DNA of 64,000 nucleotides, from assembly GCA_951406725.2 (NCBI GenBank), contig OX597837.1:34906001-34970000 (forward strand), written 5' to 3'. The translations under genes were made by a program, and so were the position numbers. Position 1 is the stretch's first letter, and every line of letters begins with the position of its first letter. The stretch comes from Octopus vulgaris (taxonomy: Eukaryota). The notes under the pieces are model-generated. The model was given only the letters and a program-made list of their open reading frames with translations. It ran no database searches and had not been told where the DNA came from. Shown here one piece after another: positions 50,796-64,000 of the stretch.

Positions 50796-51171
50796 TGACC
50801 TAAATAACATAAAATAGGAAAGTATTCTCAGCTGCTCCTGGCTTTCAGTGATTATTTCAGCGAATTGAGATTTTATAGGATTTAGAAGTGATAGGATTCT
50901 TAAGAAGAAGAACAACAACAACAACAATAATTTCTAACATAGATGGTGTTCTAGCATGAAGGCAGTGCTCCAGTATGGCCTTGGCCATGATGGCTTAAAC
51001 AAACTAAAGGACTGAAATTCTCACATTTTCATTGATGCGGTATAATTGATTAATGTCAATAAAAACCTTTGTTTCTTATTTTATTGATCCCTGAAGGATA
51101 AGCAGCGAATGACCGCACTGTGATTTGACAGCAGAATGTAAAGGGACATTGCTAAATACACCAAGGCATTT

Positions 51172-51188
51172 TAATAATAATAATGATG

Positions 51189-51225
<37 letters not shown>

Positions 51226-51286
51226 TAATAATAATAATGATAATGATAATAATAATAATAATGATGATGATAATAATAATAATAAT

Positions 51287-51327
<41 letters not shown>

Positions 51328-51353
51328 TAATAATAATAATAATAATAATAATG

Positions 51354-51390
<37 letters not shown>

Positions 51391-51632
51391 TAATAATAAT
51401 AATGATAATGATAATAATAATAATAATGATGATAATAATAATAATAATAATAATGATAATAATAATAATAATAATAATGATAATAATAATGATAATGATA
51501 ATAATAATAATGATAATGATAATAATAATGATAATGATAATAATGATAATAATAATGATAATAATAATAATAATGATAATCATAATAATAATGATAATCA
51601 TAATAATGATAATAATGATAATGATAATAATA

Positions 51633-51690
<58 letters not shown>

Positions 51691-51726
51691 TAATAATAAT
51701 AATAATAATAATAATGATAATAATAA

Positions 51727-51772
<46 letters not shown>

Positions 51773-51788
51773 CATAATCATAATAATG
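51172..51788. repeat. About 615 bp (AAT/GAT)n array
   Basis: Seen directly; source of the poly-N and poly-I ORFs. Confidence 0.97.
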
Positions 51789-53182
51789 GTTTCAAATGTT
51801 GGCACAAGGCCAGCAATTTTGGCTACATCAACTGGTACATAATTTCATTAACCCCGAAGTGATGAAAGGCAAAGTCAACCTCAGTGGAATTTGAACTCAG
51901 AACATAAAAGACGGACGAAATTGCCGCTAAGCATTTTGCCCAGCAGTGTAATGACTCTGTCAGCTCACTTTGATGGTGATGATGATGATGGTCAGGAATT
52001 TTGGTACAAAGCCAGCAATTCTAGAAGAATGGAATTAGTTGATTACATTGCTTCCACCCCCCACCTCTCCCCAGTACTTGACTGGTATTTTATTTTTTTG
52101 ACTTTGAAAGGATGTAAAAATAAAATTGACCCTGGCAGGATTGGAACTCAGAATATAAAGAGAGCTTGAACAAATTCTGCAAGCTATTTTCTCCAATACA
52201 CTACCAATTCCACCAGCTTGCCAACTTGACGATTTTTTTTTTTTTTTTTTTTGGTAGGGGACAAGTCTAGTTGATTACATCAATCCCAGATTGATATTTT
52301 ATTTTATCAGAATCCCAGAAGTGATATTTTTATTTTATCAACTCTGAAAAGATGCAAGCCAAACTTGACCTTGGCAGAATTTGAATTCAGAATAGAAGAA
52401 ACATCAAGTGAGGTGACATGGACATTACAAATGGAAAGAGAGAAAATACATGTTAAAAGTGATTTACATATTCCAAAAGGGGTTGGGGAAGTCATTTGGG
52501 ACCACTCAGACTGTCAAGACTGAGTGACTCCATATATATATATATATATATATACATATATACGACAAGCTTCTTTCAGTTTCCATCTACCAAATCCACT
52601 CACAAAGCATTGGTCAGCCCAGGGCTATAGCAGAAGACAATTGCCCAAGATGCCACGCAGTGGGACTGAACCCGGAACCGTGTGGTTGGTTAGCAAGCTA
52701 CTTACCACACAGCCACTCCTGCGCCTCTCTCTAAAATTTATTGCGTTTTTAACAAGGCACGTCCGTAAGAGAGATCATCTCAGAAAGCATACTGCAATAT
52801 CAATGGTACATTACATATGATACATAAATGGCCTTTTTTAATATTTTGATTTTTTAAAAAATTTCTTTTTTATCAAGTGAAAAGCTGACCAGTGGCTAAC
52901 CTTCCTTACCAAGCAGAAACCCACCCTCAGCCCTAGAAATAAAAAGCAAAATCAGCAATATCAACAAGAACAATCTATGAACGTTCATGTCATAAAACTG
53001 ATATTTCACAACCAAGTTTGGCGATAATCACAGACAGACAAACAACGCAGAACTTCAATTGTCCAACTTTCTCACTGTCTGTGTGTCTCTAGTTGGAAGC
53101 CTAATGCAACATGACAACTAAATGACTTTACAAATCGACAAGTGGTATTGTGTTTAATCCAAAACGACGACCCACTAAGAAT

Positions 53183-53261
53183 ATGGCTAGTGAATCTGGC
53201 TGGCACGACAGTAGAAATGCAGCGAGTGATTCTGGCTGGCATGCAAAGAAGACAAGACAAA
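53183..53261 (+). CDS. Candidate short coding exon or ORF with a duplicated S(E/D)SGWH motif, product unknown
   Basis: AATATGG start context; MASESGWHDSRNAASDSGWHAKKTRQ; acceptor tctctAG at 53091-53092; weak donor AA|GTAACC, otherwise the frame runs on to a stop at 53362. Confidence 0.3.
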
Positions 53262-53502
53262 GTAACCATATAAGAAATGACAGGACTGTGATTTCCTTGA
53301 ATATTGTTTGCTTGTTTTTAATGTTCTTTTTGCTTTGCTTTGCTTTATTATATTTTGTTTAGATCAAATTCTCTGATTGAAAGATGTTGAAAACAAATGT
53401 AATAGCATTCACTTCCAAAATCTCTCTCTCTTTGTTTCATGCTTATTTTACATCATGCGAAAAAGTAAATTGTGTAGTTTTAGATTTATTACATCTCTCT
53501 CT

Positions 53503-53584
<82 letters not shown>

Positions 53585-53588
53585 TATG

Positions 53589-53649
<61 letters not shown>

Positions 53650-53854
53650 TGTATATATATATATATGCTTTTGGTATGATATATATATATATATTTTCAA
53701 CATCATCATCATTCTTTTAACAACCACTTTTTTGCACATGCATCGGTCAGATGGAATTCACTGAAATTGATTTTCAGAGCAGAATAACCATCTGGTCACC
53801 AATGTTCAGCTGTTTCCAAATAAGTTTACAATGTGATGTCAATGAGGTGGCACA

Positions 53855-53919
<65 letters not shown>

Positions 53920-54111
53920 GGCTTCTTTCAGTTTCTATCTACCAAATACACTCACAGAGACTTAGTCAAAACAAAACTATAATAAGCAACACCTGCCTGA
54001 GGTGTCAAACAGTGGGACTGAACCTGAAACCATGTGGTTGGTAAGCAAATATCTTAACCACACAGCCAATCCTGCACCTTACGTTACAAAGTCACGCCTT
54101 TCACAAATATA

Positions 54112-54978
54112 CAGGGTGCTGTGAATAAACTGTCATCTAAATTACACAGAAATGAAAATAACACTAACATCTCATTTTAACAGATATATTTACCAAAATT
54201 ACAGAAAAATATCTTGAAATACTAAAGAGTAAATTTATTCAATAAAATCACCATTGGCTTCAACCACGGCCCCTAAACGACTTCAGAATCTCCTGCAAAT
54301 CTACTGGACAATCTCCTTGTTTAAGTTGGTGAATGCTGCCATAATCCTTGCCTTCAGTTCATCTTTGGTGTGACAAGGAATTTTACTGGTCTCTCACTCA
54401 ACTGCACACCACATATAATAATCAAGGGGGTTGCAGTCTGGGGAGTTAGGTGGCCAGATGTGAGTGGTGGTGTGGTCACAGAAAATGTCTGACAGCCATG
54501 ACTGGGTTTTCATGCTTGTGTGGCATGGTGTAGAGTCCTGTTACCAGAAACAGGGTCTTCTAGCAGTCACCCTCTTGATCCCAGAGCAGCACTACCTCTT
54601 TTAGGTACTTGATGTAGGCCCTCATGTTGAGTCTGAGGCATGTGGGAAGATGAATGGAGGCATAACATTCACATCACTATTGATCACTCCAAACACCATG
54701 ATGTTGACCGGATGTTTGATGTTTATCACTCTCAGTATATGTCCTCAGATTGACACCCAAACACTCTGAAATGTTCATATTGGTGCTTCCAGCATGAATG
54801 CCAAGTAGTAGAGCATGTCGTATCCAAATTTCTGGCAGAGTTCATTGCGTCATGGTGCTGTTTTTCTCACAGATGGTGCTCAACTGACCCTACTAAACTG
54901 TGTAGTTGACAAAATCAAAAACAAACAATGCGTGAAATTAAAAATACAAAATGACAACAATTTACCTATTGCACCCTG
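54112..54978 (-). mobile_element. Tc1/mariner (maT-like) non-autonomous element with both ends
   Basis: TA|CAGGGTGC..GCACCCTG|TA; reverse-complement homolog of 11594-12440. Confidence 0.9.
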
Positions 54979-56034
54979 TACATATGAATTCACTTAGAAT
55001 TTAACTAATTTTGGATTGCCTTGAAAACATGTATTTTCGGAAATATTAATTTCAATGATATTTGTTATATCTAAATATGTTGATACAACAGAAACAATTG
55101 TTGGCTTTGTAAGGTGAATTCTACAATTAATGATATGATTTTCTCTATTCAGATTTTTGTTACACACACACACACACATATATTTTTTACTTGTAAAATA
55201 TATATATATCTACTGAAGAAGTCTTAGGAGTAAGTACTTTGACATTTTTATAGACGGAGGAAACAGGTGCTCTTCCTAACAGTGATTACTCAAATATTAA
55301 AGTAGCACCAGAAGCTGATTTGAAATTAAGATGTGCACTTCTTCAACCAAATGCAAATAACAAAGCTTGACTTCTGCAACAATGTATAATGCATATATGC
55401 ATGTTCGTGTGCATGCTTGTGATTTATTGTGAGTTCTGACAAACCTGTATTTGGTTTGTAGTTACTAAACTAAGCAACAGGCATAGGGGTGGCTGTGTGG
55501 TAAGTAGCTTGTTTACCAACCACATGGTTCTGCGTGGCATCTTGGGCAAGTGTCTTCTACTATAGCCTCAGGCCAACCAAAGCCTTGTGAGTGGATTTGG
55601 TAGGTAGAAACTGAAAGAAGCCCATCATATATATGCATATATATGTGTGTGTATATGTTTGTGTGTCTGTGTTTGTCCCCCCCCCCCAACATCGCTTGAC
55701 AACCGATGGTGGTGTGTTTATGTCACCGTAACTTAGCGGTTCGGCAAAAGAGACCAATAGAACAAGTACTAAGCTTACAAAGAATAAGTCCTGGGGTCGA
55801 TTTGCTCAACTAAAGGCGGTGCTCCAGCATGGCCACAGTCACATGACTGAAACAAGTAAAAGAGTAAAAGAGAGAGAGTAACAAGCTGCAACCCACAGAT
55901 CTGTTGTCCCAGATTGTTTTGCCTCATGCATGTATCTAAGTTGTTGTGTAACTTCAGTTTAGGGCTAACGACAGAGACCCCTGTTACAGTCGGTAGATGG
56001 CCACTAGGTGTGACCTGCTGATCTAGTGTTTCAG

Positions 56035-56274
56035 AAAGACCATGTCTTTTATCTCACATATATGGGCATGTGTGTGTAAGAGGGATAAAAAGAGAATGCA
56101 GTTTTGTAGATCCAGATCGATTCTGATCAAAAAGACCCATGGTACAGTAAGGCAATTAGCGGAGCAACAAGATGTGGAAATCAGATCCACTATTATAAAG
56201 AAGCTTAACCTGCAGATTCAATGTCAAAAAGAAGTGCAACCAAGAGATATATTGCGAAGTAGACCTATGTTACA
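56035..56274 (+). CDS. Candidate 240 nt coding exon, product unknown
   Basis: tttcAG acceptor, fully open frame (MSFISHIWACVCKRDKKRMQF..RSRPML), CA|GTGAGT donor, in-frame stops just outside both borders, symmetric phase 2-2. Confidence 0.5.
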
Positions 56275-56353
56275 GTGAGTAATCTGAAGAGCAACAAGGT
56301 ACAGCTAAAAGGATCCATTGTTAAGATGTGTGCCATGCCTTCTTTCCACCTAA

Positions 56354-56374
56354 TGTGTGTGTATGTATGTGTTT

Positions 56375-56435
<61 letters not shown>

Positions 56436-56584
56436 ATGTAGTGTGTGTGCATGTGTGTTTGTAGTGTGTGTCTGTGTGTGTGTTTGTAGTGAGTGTGTGT
56501 ATGTGTGTTTGTGTGTGCGTGTGCATGTAGTGTGTGTGCATGTGTGTTTGTAGTGTATGTATGTTTGTCAGGTGTATGTGTTTG

Positions 56585-56618
<34 letters not shown>

Positions 56619-56902
56619 ATGTAGTGTGTGTGCATGCGTGTTTGTAGTGTATGTATGTGTTTGTCGGGTGTATGTGTTTGTAGTGTGTGTGTGTGTGTAT
56701 GTAGTCTGTGTGTGTATGTGTTTGTAGTGTGTGTATGTGTGTGTGTGTGTGCACGTGTGTTTGTAGTGTATGTATGTGTTTGTTGGGTGTGTGTTTGTAG
56801 CGTGTGTGTGTCTATATGTGTGTTTGTAGTGTGTGTGTAGTCTGTGTGTGTATGTGTTTGTAGTGTGTGTGAGTGTGTAGCGTGTGTGTGTATGTGTGCA
56901 CA
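56354..56902. repeat. GT-rich complex microsatellite or minisatellite
   Basis: Recurring tgtgtttgtagtgtgt modules. Confidence 0.92.
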
Positions 56903-57412
56903 TGCACCCTTCATATCAATGTGTGTGGTCTGTATGATTTGCTGGAGGTAATAAGTAAATCTCACAGTTACTCTGTCCCTCAACGTTATAATCTGAACAA
57001 ATGACACGAAATGAGATAAGAAAGCGAAAATTATGGAAATTAATAAAGGTTTCCAGGATAAAGTAAAGTAAATGAAATAAACATGAGAAAAAAAAAACGG
57101 CACCTGAGATATCTGTCAAGATATTAGCACCTGACATTATCAAGTTGTTATGAAGGAATGAAGTGAAAATGCTTGGTTAAGGACCCAGGGAGCTGCAGTA
57201 GAGAATGAAAGTTCAAATGCTGACTTGGGTTCTTAAAATACGCACACACAAAAATGTATGCAAATAGATGGAAGGGGGAGGAAACTGAGAGAGAGAGACA
57301 GACACAGAGGGAGGCAGGAAGAGAGAGGTAGGTAGGAGATGGGATGTCATATGGTGATTGGATATTCTTACTATTTTAAAGGTCAGAGGTTCAAACTTCC
57401 AACTAATATATC

Positions 57413-57592
57413 TATTTCTTTACTGCCTATAAAGGGCTACACACAGAGGGGACAAACAAGGACAGACAAACGGATTAAGTCGATTATACGCCCCCAGTGC
57501 GTAACTGGTACTTATTTAATCGACCCCGAAAGGATGAAAGGCAAAGTCGGCCTCGGTGGAATTTGAACTCAGAATGTAGCGGCAGACGAAGT
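57413..57592 (-). mobile_element. SINE family B, 5'-truncated, abutting a family E fragment
   Basis: Matches 32968-33150. Confidence 0.8.
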
Positions 57593-57890
57593 ACATCATC
57601 ATCATCATTTAATGTCCATTGTTCATGCTGGCATGAGTTGGATGGTTTGACCAGGGCTGGCAAGCCAGAAGGCTGTACCAGACTCCAGTCTGATTTGGCA
57701 TGGTTTCTATAGCTGGATGCCCTTCCTAACGCCAACCACTCTGAGAGTGTAATGAGTACTATTACGTGCCACCAGCACAAAAATTTTATGATTAAAAGCA
57801 TAATTATAATTAGGGTTCAGCAAAATTGCTTCACCACATACCAAAATTTAGATATAGCAGTTAAATACTATTCCACTACCATAAGATAAA

Positions 57891-57935
<45 letters not shown>

Positions 57936-58717
57936 CGAGTAAACACATAAATGTGAAACAAGGTGCAAAAAAGAGTACTCAAATACCAGAGGTAGAGTAA
58001 TATGCTTTATTTAAAGCAGCAGAAAATTCAACAAAATCTGTTACTCTGAGTTTTGTTGAATTTTCTGCTGCTTTAAATAAAGTATATATATATATACCTG
58101 ACAAAACACACTACGCACACAACACAAATACAACATTCACACACACACACACACAACTACTCACATATATCACATTCATACACATAGAAGGCATACACAC
58201 ATATATACATGCAAAACACACACATGCAAAATATACATTCACAACCACAATATGTACAACACATGCACAAAGGAAAAAGGAAGAGTAAAAGAGAAAAAGG
58301 GAGACGTGATGGTCATAACTGAACTCCACTAAAATATGGAAGGCCGTAGGGTCAATCCTTATCTCCCATTAAAGGTCACAGACAGATAACACCTACATAT
58401 AGCAACCAGAGAAGGGGAAATTTTGCATGAGGAAGTTTGGTGTGCTAGAAACAGAAGCTAAATCACAACCTATTGATGTAAATAAATTGAAAAGAAATAA
58501 AATATGGGCAGACAAGGAAATACAGTTGTAGATATTGTTAAAAAGACAAGATGGTCACAGTTGGCATGTCTGATCATAGGTTGGCTCAGTCAAGGTCACC
58601 CTGGTACCAAACAACAAATAAAACATAAATGTATGACTAGGTGAAGAGAGAAGGGGAAGAGAGAGGGAGAGAGAGAGGAGCAGGGGATAAAGAGGGAAGC
58701 ATAGAAAAAGAGAGAGA

Positions 58718-58750
<33 letters not shown>

Positions 58751-59298
58751 TAAACAAGAGAGAGAGAAATATTGAGAAAGAGTGTATGAGTGAGAAATTA
58801 TGTGAGAGAGGGTTGGGTTTGGGGGTGGTGAAGCAGGAGGTAATGTTGCTACCCAGAAGATCTAAAGTTCAATCTTTATCTCTGGCAAATCTTACAGACT
58901 CACAGACAGAAATACACACAAGTAGAAAGAGTACAAATTAATGATGAATTTTAAGGTTTCACTTAGTTTTTTGCCACTGGTATAAGTCATTTGACACAAA
59001 TGCATATGTGTGTGTGTGTGTGTGTGTGTGAGTGTGTAGAAAATATAGACACATACATTGTCATACAGATGGCATCCCTCATTTCCAATCTTCCATGAAA
59101 ACATGTCTGGCAACAGGAAGGGCATCTGACCCTCAAAAATCAGCTTCAACAAATCCTGTCTGAGCTGTTGATGCAAGCATGGAGAAGTGGACATTAAAAC
59201 AGTAGTGATGATGATGATGACCTTCGTGACACACAACAGCAGAAATATGTTTTGTTTCAGTAACTGTCATTAGAATTGCTTTCAAATTTATTTATTCA

Positions 59299-59332
<34 letters not shown>

Positions 59333-59754
59333 TGTGAAGTTAAAACATGAACAGAATTTTATGAACTGTTTTATATGTATATAATTTTCATTAATACCCC
59401 ACACATACACCCTACCGCCACAAACCCCACATCACTCCACACACACTAGCACCCACACCATCATCTACAATAACATCCCACACATACCACTATATGAGCA
59501 GCCACATTACTTACACACACACACATACCCACCCATGTCAAAGTCACAAGCTTCCATTCACACACACCATTCTCACATACATATACATGCACGCACACAT
59601 TCATGTGGGATCACCATCACTTTATTATCTCCCTTTCTTCCAACCTCTTCATTCAAACTTTTTATCTAATCAGTCGCTATGCTTGAGCACAAAACTTACA
59701 AGTTTTTTTTATTATTCTCTCTGTTTATTTTCTCTTATTCCTTTCTGTTGAAGA

Positions 59755-60096
59755 TGGTGGTGACCTCCTTGGGTCAGACACTGACCATGGGTTTGCACCT
59801 AGAGAGTTACCCTCCGAGGCACGAGTCTGGGCAAGGTTGTTTTATGGAAGACCAGTAGTCGCCCATGCATACCGGCCTCCCTTCTCCACGTCACCGATGT
59901 TGCCCAAGGGAAAGGCAAGGGCCGATACGGCTTGGCACCTGTGACGTCGCAACTCATTTCTACAGCTGAGTGAACTGGAGCAACGTGAAATAAAGTGACT
60001 TGCTCAAGAACACAACACGCAGCCTGGTCCGGGATTCGAGCTCACAACCTCACGATCGTAAGCTCAACGCTCTCACCACTGAGCCACGCGCCTTCA
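59755..60096 (-). mobile_element. SINE family D (tail Y), young, inserted into an HHR-remnant element
   Basis: TSD CTGTTGAAGA at 59745 and 60107; A and B boxes on the minus strand. Confidence 0.88.
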
Positions 60097-60226
60097 TATG
60101 TACATCCTGTTGAAGAACATAGGCTGAAAACATAAAAGACATTTTCATTTTCCGAAGCATCAAACTAATACACCTGCTTGTTGTTCATACACCTGTCTTT
60201 CTCTTGTGGTTTTCTATAAATTTCAA

Positions 60227-60283
<57 letters not shown>

Positions 60284-61531
60284 TCAGTTTTCAGTCAAAC
60301 CATCCACCCCATACCAGCATATGATGATGATGATAATGATGATATATACACACATTCATAGTATTCTGATACCCTCAATTATTACAGGAGATTAATGAGG
60401 ATATCTTACTAAGAAAACATTATGCATGTGAATATGCAAGTGTGTGAGTGTTTATGCTTGTGGGTGTGTATAGGGCAAACGGTACACATCTTGAGAATGT
60501 AGGTCTTTTTTTGCCTTCATGAGATTGCATGGCTGAGTGATTTAGAAGTTTTCTTCACAATCATGAGGTCACAAGTTCAATCTTACTTTGTTAAAAAAAC
60601 ACACACACATGACATATTATATATATATATATATATATATATCATTTCATAAACTACAAGAGTTCTTTCAGAAAGTATTGTTGTTGTTGTTGGTGGTGTA
60701 GCATCATTGTTTAGCCCCAGATCAGCTTTCATTGAGCAAAGATATGATGAAGGCACTCCAGCCATGAAATTGTGTGTGTGAGTGTGTGTGTGTGTGTGTG
60801 TGTAACTAAATTATCCCATGTGCCCTGCTTTTTCCTTTTTAAGATGGTAAGGTGCACTTTGAAGGCGATCTGGTTGCTACTCCTAATAGGCTATCAACCA
60901 TACAGAGGCTTCCTCACTAGTTTGGTAGCAAAATATCTCCCTGGATCAGATGCTAGACCCTTTTCAATAAATTCCCCATAGGTTCTGTTAGTCATGACCT
61001 AACATAGCAGCTACATTAACTGACAAAAGGTTAACAGTTTGAACAGTTTGAGAGACATAAAAGCAGAGACTCCTGTTATTCATTGATTCATTCAGACATT
61101 TTATTTTAGTCTTAATTATAAAACAAACAAACAAATAATGAATTATTAAATCTCAAAATGTCTGAGCTGAGATTATTATTTGTCAGACTAATAACTTCAT
61201 CTTTAGAAAAGAATCGTATTTTTTTTTTTAATTTATGTATAATGCTCCAGAATGGTCTTGGCTGTGGTGAATACAACAAACTGAAGAAGTATGTTTCAAT
61301 CACTTTGACCTTGAATCACTGTGGTAAGAAGTTTGTTTCCCAACCACATTATTCTGGGTTTAGCCCCATTGCATGACACCTTGGGCAAGTGTCTTCTATT
61401 ATAGCCACAGGTTGACCAAAACCTTTTTAGTGTATTTGGTAGGCAGAAACTGAAACAATCCCATCATATATATATGTGTGTGTGTGTGTGGTTTATGTCC
61501 CCATAACTTATTGGCTTGGCAAGAGACAACC

Positions 61532-61708
61532 TTTTTTTCTAATCAGTCGCTATGCTTGAGCACTACAAGTTTTTTTTTCATTCTCTGTTTATTTTCTCTT
61601 ATTCCTTTCTGTTGAAGAGCATAGGCTCAAAACATAAAAGACTTTTTCATTTTCCCTTGCATTAAACTAATACACTTGCTTGTTGCTCATACACCTGTCT
61701 TTCTCTTG
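61532..61708 (+). mobile_element. Penelope-like fragment with decayed HHR (61605-61640); uninterrupted paralog of 59658-60205
   Basis: cttt-CTGTTGA-a-gagc(atag)gctc-AAAA-CA-TA-aaag; sits inside a SINE A. Confidence 0.6.
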
Positions 61709-62714
61709 TACCAAACTAAAAAAATAAAGAAACCAGGTTGATTCATTCAATTAAAGATTTTTCAAGGTAGTGCCCCAGCATGGCCACAGTCAAATGACTG
61801 AAACAAGTAAAAGATAAAAGACGTGCAGTGACTCTAACTATAGACAGGCCAGAATTTGGATAAAATATTGGACAAGCCAGAGTGTGAATAAAATACTAGA
61901 CTGACCAGAATCTAGATAAACTGATAAACAAGCCAGAGTGTGGATAAAATGTTGGTGAGGTCAGTAGCAGATAAAATATGAGAGAGGCCAATGGCTGAAT
62001 AAAATCAAGTGAAATTAATAAGAATGGAAATGAAATAACAACTGCAATAGTCTTAAGGAGTAGAATTAGATTAGGTAATCTAATCATCATTAACACTGGG
62101 ATATGTCATCACTTTCAGCATTATCATCGCCACCTCTGTCATCAATGTGACCATCATCACCGTCAACATTGCTACCATCTCTTTCTTTTATTTTCTACTC
62201 TAAGCACAAGGCTCGAAATTTTTGGGGAGGGGGCCAATCAATTAGATCAACCCCAGTATGCAACTGGTACTTAATTTATCAACCCTGAAAGGATAAAAGG
62301 CAAAGTCGACCTTGGCGGAATTTGAACTCAGAATGTAAAGACAGATGAAATACTGCTAAGCATTTCACCCAGCGTGCTGACGTTTCTGCCACCATCTCTG
62401 TCATCGCTATTATGCTCCTTGTTAGTACTACAACCATTCTATCACAACCACCACCACCACCACCATCAACATAAGCAGCAGCAGTGTCATTTTCTCCCAC
62501 TTCCACTCCACCACCTACATAATCATCATCATCATTGTCAACATAATTCTAAGCTTCATCACCATCCTTGCCATCACTTCCACCATCATCACCCACATAC
62601 AATCATTCCATCATCATCATCATCAACATAGGCATCAAATAGTCAGCCCCTCCACCACCATCCCAACACATATCAAGTTAAATCGCAATAGTTCCATGTT
62701 CCTTATCATAAGCT

Positions 62715-62750
<36 letters not shown>

Positions 62751-62814
62751 TTGCCAACAATAACAGTGACATTCTCCCCCAAACCACCACCATTACATCA
62801 TCACCAATACAAGC

Positions 62815-62872
62815 AACAGCAGCAGTAGCAGTGGTGGTGGTGGTGGTTGTAGTAGTAGTAGTATTAGTGGTG

Positions 62873-62943
<71 letters not shown>

Positions 62944-63037
62944 GGTGATGGTTGTAGTAGTAGTGGTAGTGGTGGTGGTGGTGGTAGTAGTAGTAGTGGT
63001 GGTGGTTGTAGTAGTAGTATTAGTGGTGGTGGTGGTG

Positions 63038-63078
<41 letters not shown>

Positions 63079-63094
63079 GGTGGAGGTAGTGGTG

Positions 63095-63139
<45 letters not shown>

Positions 63140-63140
63140 A
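62815..63140. repeat. (GTA/GTG)n trinucleotide array
   Basis: Seen directly. Confidence 0.95.
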
Positions 63141-63335
63141 CGACACTACTACTACCATCACCACCATTGTTATTGATGTAGCTACAAGTTTCTTTTCTGT
63201 TTTTTTTTTTTTTCTTCTTTGTTCCATAATCTCCAGTAAATATCCTGAGAATCTTTCAGAGGAAATATGTTTGTTGGAATAATGGTAGAACTAAGATATA
63301 TGTGTTGGCAGAATCGTAAACAAAGAATTAATAAA

Positions 63336-63369
<34 letters not shown>

Positions 63370-64000
63370 GCACACCATTATCAGAAGTTGGATATAGAGT
63401 AAACAACTTACTTAAACACATACATTAAATATTTAATTATATATCGTCATTCTTATTTTAACATCCACTTTTCCATGCCTGCATGGGTTGGATGGGATTC
63501 ACAGATGCAGGTTCTCCCCAGCCTGATGCCCTTCTTGTCACCAATCCTCACCTGTTTCCAAGCAAAGTAATATTTCCTCATGACCAAACATGTTTCCCCA
63601 AAATACTAGAAATGAACGACACTGCTTGTATGACAGTGACACTCATTTACAACTATCACAAAATATCAAGACAAGGAGACACTAACACACACACATACTC
63701 AATGGGCTCCTTTCAGTTTGTCTATCAAATCCACTCGCAAGTCTTCTTACTATAATTGCGGCTGGCCCAGGGCTGTAGTAAAATCCACTTACCCAAAGTG
63801 CCATGCAGTAGGACTGAAACCAAAACCATGCAGCTCATTTTAAAATGAGAAGTTTTGTATAAAAACCAGATTGGTCTTTATCAAAAGGCTTTTCATCTGC
63901 CGACTTGCCCCAGCCCACATCATCATCATCATTTAACATCTGTTTACCATGGGTTGAATGGGTTGATAGGATCCAGTGAGGCACAGGGCAGTGCTGAGGT

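Noticed and set aside
50152-50927. Cys/Val-rich ORFs resembling metallothionein or keratin-associated proteins
   Set aside because: Open in all three frames because the CA-rich satellite lacks stops; the same applies to 56321-57103 and the YIYI/HTHT ORFs
51125-51862. Longest ORFs (poly-N, poly-I, poly-I/M, 217-245 aa)
   Set aside because: Translations of an (AAT/GAT)n array; no splice or codon evidence
55210-55275. CTGAAGA..GAAAC next to a TA tract as another hammerhead
   Set aside because: Stems I and III cannot be formed; at best a heavily decayed remnant
57098-57140. Minus-strand MSGANILTDIS mini-exon with a phase 1 donor
   Set aside because: Donor GTGCCG is weak and the frame is too short to distinguish from chance

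Overview
This is AT-rich, repeat-saturated animal genomic DNA. The tRNA-headed SINE families and microsatellite load point to a coleoid cephalopod, probably Octopus (recognised by eye, not by search). No intact protein-coding gene is visible, and nearly all ORF-track entries are microsatellite or SINE translations. Recognisable content: a decayed full-length hAT (Buster/Charlie-type) transposon with nested insertions, hAT, piggyBac-type and Tc1/mariner non-autonomous elements, RTE and R4/Dong-type LINE 3' remnants, about five SINE families, and a few candidate orphan exons and splice signals. The most striking unannotated signal is about a dozen type I minimal hammerhead-ribozyme (HHR) motifs from many unrelated sequence families. 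They sit in short, often fold-back (inverted-repeat) non-coding elements, mostly inserted into (TA)n tracts, as expected for Penelope-like or retrozyme-type elements. Some have perfect cores and one has a compensatory U3:A8 core variant. Coordinates were counted by hand, and repeat boundaries are approximate unless TIRs or TSDs are quoted.
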